Origin: Emiliania huxleyi CCMP1516
Taxonomy: Eukaryota
DNA length: 64,000 nt
Direction of reading: 5' to 3'
Assembly (NCBI RefSeq): GCF_000372725.1
Contig: NW_005202427.1
Coordinates: 372,001 to 436,000 of the forward strand
This document shows, one piece after another, positions 60,677 through 64,000 of the stretch. Within the stretch, counting starts at the first letter, position 1, and every line of letters starts with the position of its first letter. The position numbers and the translations under genes are program-made. Under the pieces are notes generated by a model. The model did no database searches, was not told the DNA's origin, and saw only the letters and a list, made by a program, of their open reading frames with translations.

Positions 60677-62208
60677 TACGGACACATGTGTAAGAGCGCG
60701 CACGAGTGGGTGTGCGAGCAATATCGAAAGACAGTGAGGCCGGGGTCGCACACGGCAGGGGTGGCGGGACGGTTGTGGAGCGAAGTGGCAGTAGCCAGCC
60801 TCAAGCATCGATGGGATAATAAGATGAGATTACCAGACGAGAACGGGGGGAAGGACAGGCGGGCGACATTTGACGACGTCGGGGATCACAATGTGACGAC
60901 CAAAACGATCTTGGGGGCCAGGGTGAGACAACAGGTCGGGGTGCCACATGGGGCACACCACAGGCGTATTCTAGAGGGGGAAAAGAAACGGGGAGTGAGG
61001 GGCCCCGCCACGAGAAGTGCGTTCTGGGGATGCAGAGCGTGCAAAGCGGCTAGGGATGAGGTCGCAAAAGAGGCGCGCGAGGCAAGGAGGAGACGCGGGG
61101 AACTGAAAGACTGGGACGACTGGACACGAGAAGACAGTGTCAGTGAGCCACCACAGGCGTCGTTGGCGCACATACTGAGCGGCAGCTGCGCTGGAAATAA
61201 GGAAGAGGCGCGTCACTTCATGCGGAAGCTCGACAAACACACAGCGAGGGCGACAGCAAGAGTTGAACGGGAGGCGCCGGACTCAAAAGACACCGCCACA
61301 TTCCTGAGACGAGCGAGGGCAGCCTCCTTAAAGGCGAAAGGGTCTAGATTTGGGGCGCTCGCCGAAGAGGAGTACGACAAAATAGCACCCGTGATTGCCT
61401 GCACGCTACCCGCACTCACGGACTCCATACCCGAAAGAAAGAGAAGGGAGCTCGCGGGAGAGGTGACGAGTGAACTACAGGTAGTGGGGAAGGCAGCCTC
61501 GATTGCCATACAGACATGGGTGCGAAACAACGACAAGACCAAGGCACGGGCAGAGGAACGAGAGAAGAATATAGGGTGGATAAAGCGCCTGTTCACGGCA
61601 TGGAGGGTGAGCCACACCGAACGTACCGAGCGAAGGGCCGAGCGGAAGGAGGACGGGGAAGATGACTCAGAGGAGGACGAACCAGTGGAAATTCAGTCGT
61701 CAGATGTCACGATGCATCCGAAGGGGACCCCAGCGCCAGCATCATCCGTAGAGGCACGAGTGTTCGAAGAGAGAGTGGACCTGAGCAACAACATGACGTG
61801 TAGGCAAATGATCGGAGTGGGAGTCAGAAATGTGGTCCTTGCGCGAGGGGAGCTTGATAGACTCGAGGGGCCAGGATACGCCGCGAGGAGGACGGAGTTG
61901 CGCAAGGCGAAAGAAGCCGCGAGAACAAGGGACCGGCAGGCGGCGGCGTCGCAGGACGAGGCAGAAGAGAACGACGCGACAGAGGAGGAAGTGACAAGGG
62001 AGAGACCGACGAGAGTGGGACGGCCGCGAGGTGGCATGAAGGTTGCAGCGAGAAGCGGCGAGAGACTGCGAAAAGAGATACGAAGAGGCAGACTCCCCAG
62101 GGTGGGCGACGGCTAGCGCACCACACTCCTCTCCTTAAAATCCCTGTGTGGTGGCGGCGTGCCGTTCTCCCATCCCTCGCTTGGGTTGTGTGTTTTCTTT
62201 CTTTCTTT
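60677..62208 (+). mobile_element. 5'-truncated non-LTR retrotransposon with (TTTC)n tail and 7-bp TSD
   Basis: Purine-rich ORF to 62116 with CRAC...LAHILSGSC zinc-finger-like motif; 3' UTR and tail; CAGCACA at both 60670-60676 and 62209-62215. Confidence 0.8.
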
Positions 62209-62837
62209 CAGCACACAGGCTCGACACAGGTGCGAACTGGCGCGTGCTAGTACTATCACCGGCACACCACCGGAGCCGCCTAAGCGACTCCGTTAAGAAC
62301 GGCAATGCACTTCGCTCCGTGCACAATGCGACTTTTCCCCACTCACTCGAGGAGGGGTGTTTGCCTAGCGGCACTCGAGTGCGGTGTTTTCGCTGTGAAA
62401 CGATCCAAAAAGCGCATCGCTTGCACTGAAAACCCGCCGGCAAAGCTCGTGTGATGTCGAAAAAAAGTGCGATGTAGGCCTAATAGCCGGCGGTAGCCGT
62501 GCGAGCAGCAGTTAGAGCCACGCGCGGCAACAGGTACGCGCCATAGGGATACGACAAGGAGAAAGAAGTGGCCACCAGAAGAGATAGACTGGTACGTCGA
62601 TGCCTTCCAGCGGAGCTGCAGCTGCGTCACACTTATCACTTATGCGCTGTGTGAGTGCCTGCAGCAGCGCCAATAGTCTCGCGGAGCTTGGCGTCGCGGC
62701 CGCCATGTAACAGATAGTGGTGGCTGTGTCGCATGTGAAACAACATGTACATGTACACAAGATACACTTCGAGATGCTGTGCTCTTAGCACACAACAACT
62801 GTACTCCAAGGGGTTTGCCGTGCGGGCTTTCCTACGG

Positions 62838-64000
62838 CTAACGCCGACTCCGTTGGCCCCGGCCGATGAAGTCGGCGTCCCTGTTCTCCACGTACCAACC
62901 CGCGAACCCATGGTTCGCCTTGCGCAGGAAGCGTGCCTCAAGCTCTGGGTCGTGTGCCATCACGCGTACGAGCGCCCAGAACGCCGCGCGCGAGAGACCG
63001 TGCGCGTGCCCGCCGATGAACGAGTCGAACTCCATCGCATTCATCCGCTTCGCGCGTGCGTACGTCACGTCTCCGGCGACGAGCGCCCATTTCTTCATCT
63101 TATCCTGCAGCGCCTCCCGGTATATGGCCATGCGCAGCTCGATCGCCACCTCACGCAGCGTCGCCGCGTCGCGCACGTCGTCGAGCTCCGCCGCGCGCGC
63201 CGCGCCGACGTGGTGCAGGTGCGCCTGCGCCGCCATGCACGCCGCCAGCCGCGGCGCGTCGCGCGGCGCGACACGCAGCTCGACGGCGAGCGGCGGGAGC
63301 GGCCGCGCCATCACGCCCACCAGCTCGGCGACCACCTCGTCGGTGGCGTCCGCCTCGAGCGCCGCCATCAGCCACGCCCAACCGCCGCGCGCGGCGAGCG
63401 ATCGGCGCAGCGCCGTCGCGAAGCGCACGGCGCGGCGGAGCGGCGTGAGCTCCTCCTCGACGAACGCCGCGAGCGGCGCGGCCCCCGCGAGGGAGTGCTC
63501 ACCCGAGCAGCCCTCGCGCACCGCCTCGACCGACGGCTCGTCGTCCTCCACGCCCGTCGGCTGCGGCGCCGAGCCGGCACTCACGCCGAGTGCGGCGCGC
63601 AGCAGCTCATGCGCGCGGCGCGTCGTCGCCGCCTGCTCGCTGCTAGCCGTGTCGGCGCGCAGCCGGCGGCGTGCGGCACGCGAGAGGCTCTCGTTGTACA
63701 GGTTTAGCATCGCCGGCACACTCAGCCCGCCCACCGCCGCATCGCCCACCGCCGCATCGCCCGCTGCCGCATCGCCCGCCGCAGCATCGCCCGCCGCCGC
63801 ATCGCCCGCCGCCGCATCGCCCACCGCCGCATCGCCCACTGTCGTCGGCCAGTCGAGTGCAGTCAGCGCGAGCAGCAGCTGCACCGGGTGCGAGACGCCG
63901 TCCGCCTCCGTCAGCCCGCCCCACTCCACGAGCCACTGGCGCAGCAGCGTTGCGTACTTGTTGTCGGCGATGGCTGCGCACTTCCGCACGCCCCACAGAG
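62838..64000 (-). CDS. Hypothetical protein, 3' part (gene continues beyond the window)
   Basis: Long open frame with coding-like composition; 15-bp GDAA(A/V) tandem repeat at about 63730-63840. Confidence 0.55.
   Translation of the reverse strand, partial: LWGVRKCAAIADNKYATLLRQWLVEWGGLTEADGVSHPVQLLLALTALDWPTTVGDAAVGDAAAGDAAAGDAAAGDAAAGDAAVGDAAVGGLSVPAMLNLYNESLSRAARRRLRADTASSEQAATTRRAHELLRAALGVSAGSAPQPTGVEDDEPSVEAVREGCSGEHSLAGAAPLAAFVEEELTPLRRAVRFATALRRSLAARGGWAWLMAALEADATDEVVAELVGVMARPLPPLAVELRVAPRDAPRLAACMAAQAHLHHVGAARAAELDDVRDAATLREVAIELRMAIYREALQDKMKKWALVAGDVTYARAKRMNAMEFDSFIGGHAHGLSRAAFWALVRVMAHDPELEARFLRKANHGFAGWYVENRDADFIGRGQRSRR

Noticed and set aside
60131..62116. 661-aa single protein
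   Set aside because: Chimeric ORF: antisense of the ankyrin gene joined to a truncated LINE ORF.

Overview
GC-rich eukaryotic genomic DNA with many short GC-AG introns, some GT-AG and apparent GA-AG introns, dense low-complexity repeats and one 100-N gap. These traits suggest a haptophyte alga such as Emiliania/Gephyrocapsa huxleyi (inference). About 20 protein-coding genes can be recognised: plastid-type ABC1 kinase, FSH1 serine hydrolase, Spt3-like, C2-CaaX protein, polyQ protein, TRM10, a SelU/PRXL2-type selenoprotein with in-frame UGA and SECIS, FkbM methyltransferase, GT90, PFK2/FBPase2-like, bacterial-type MetF, a SUMO-like/ADP-ribosyltransferase fusion, F-box/kelch, DUF3429, Mis12, Cys-rich CBM1 protein, DUF4097-like and ankyrin/U-box. 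They are interspersed with LINE 3' ends, Penelope-like RT remnants, a copia remnant, MITEs and foldback elements. Most unusual: (1) three ABC1K introns built from duplicated exon sequence plus stop-codon-rich AT filler, one expanded into an 11-copy array with AG|GA at every unit junction; (2) a SUMO domain lacking the GG motif fused to an H-Y-E ART domain; (3) two divergent glycan-enzyme genes sharing an N-terminal exon-intron cassette; (4) two abutting foldback elements, one built of telomere-like repeats, just upstream of the selenoprotein. All family calls come from motif recognition by eye; no searches were run.
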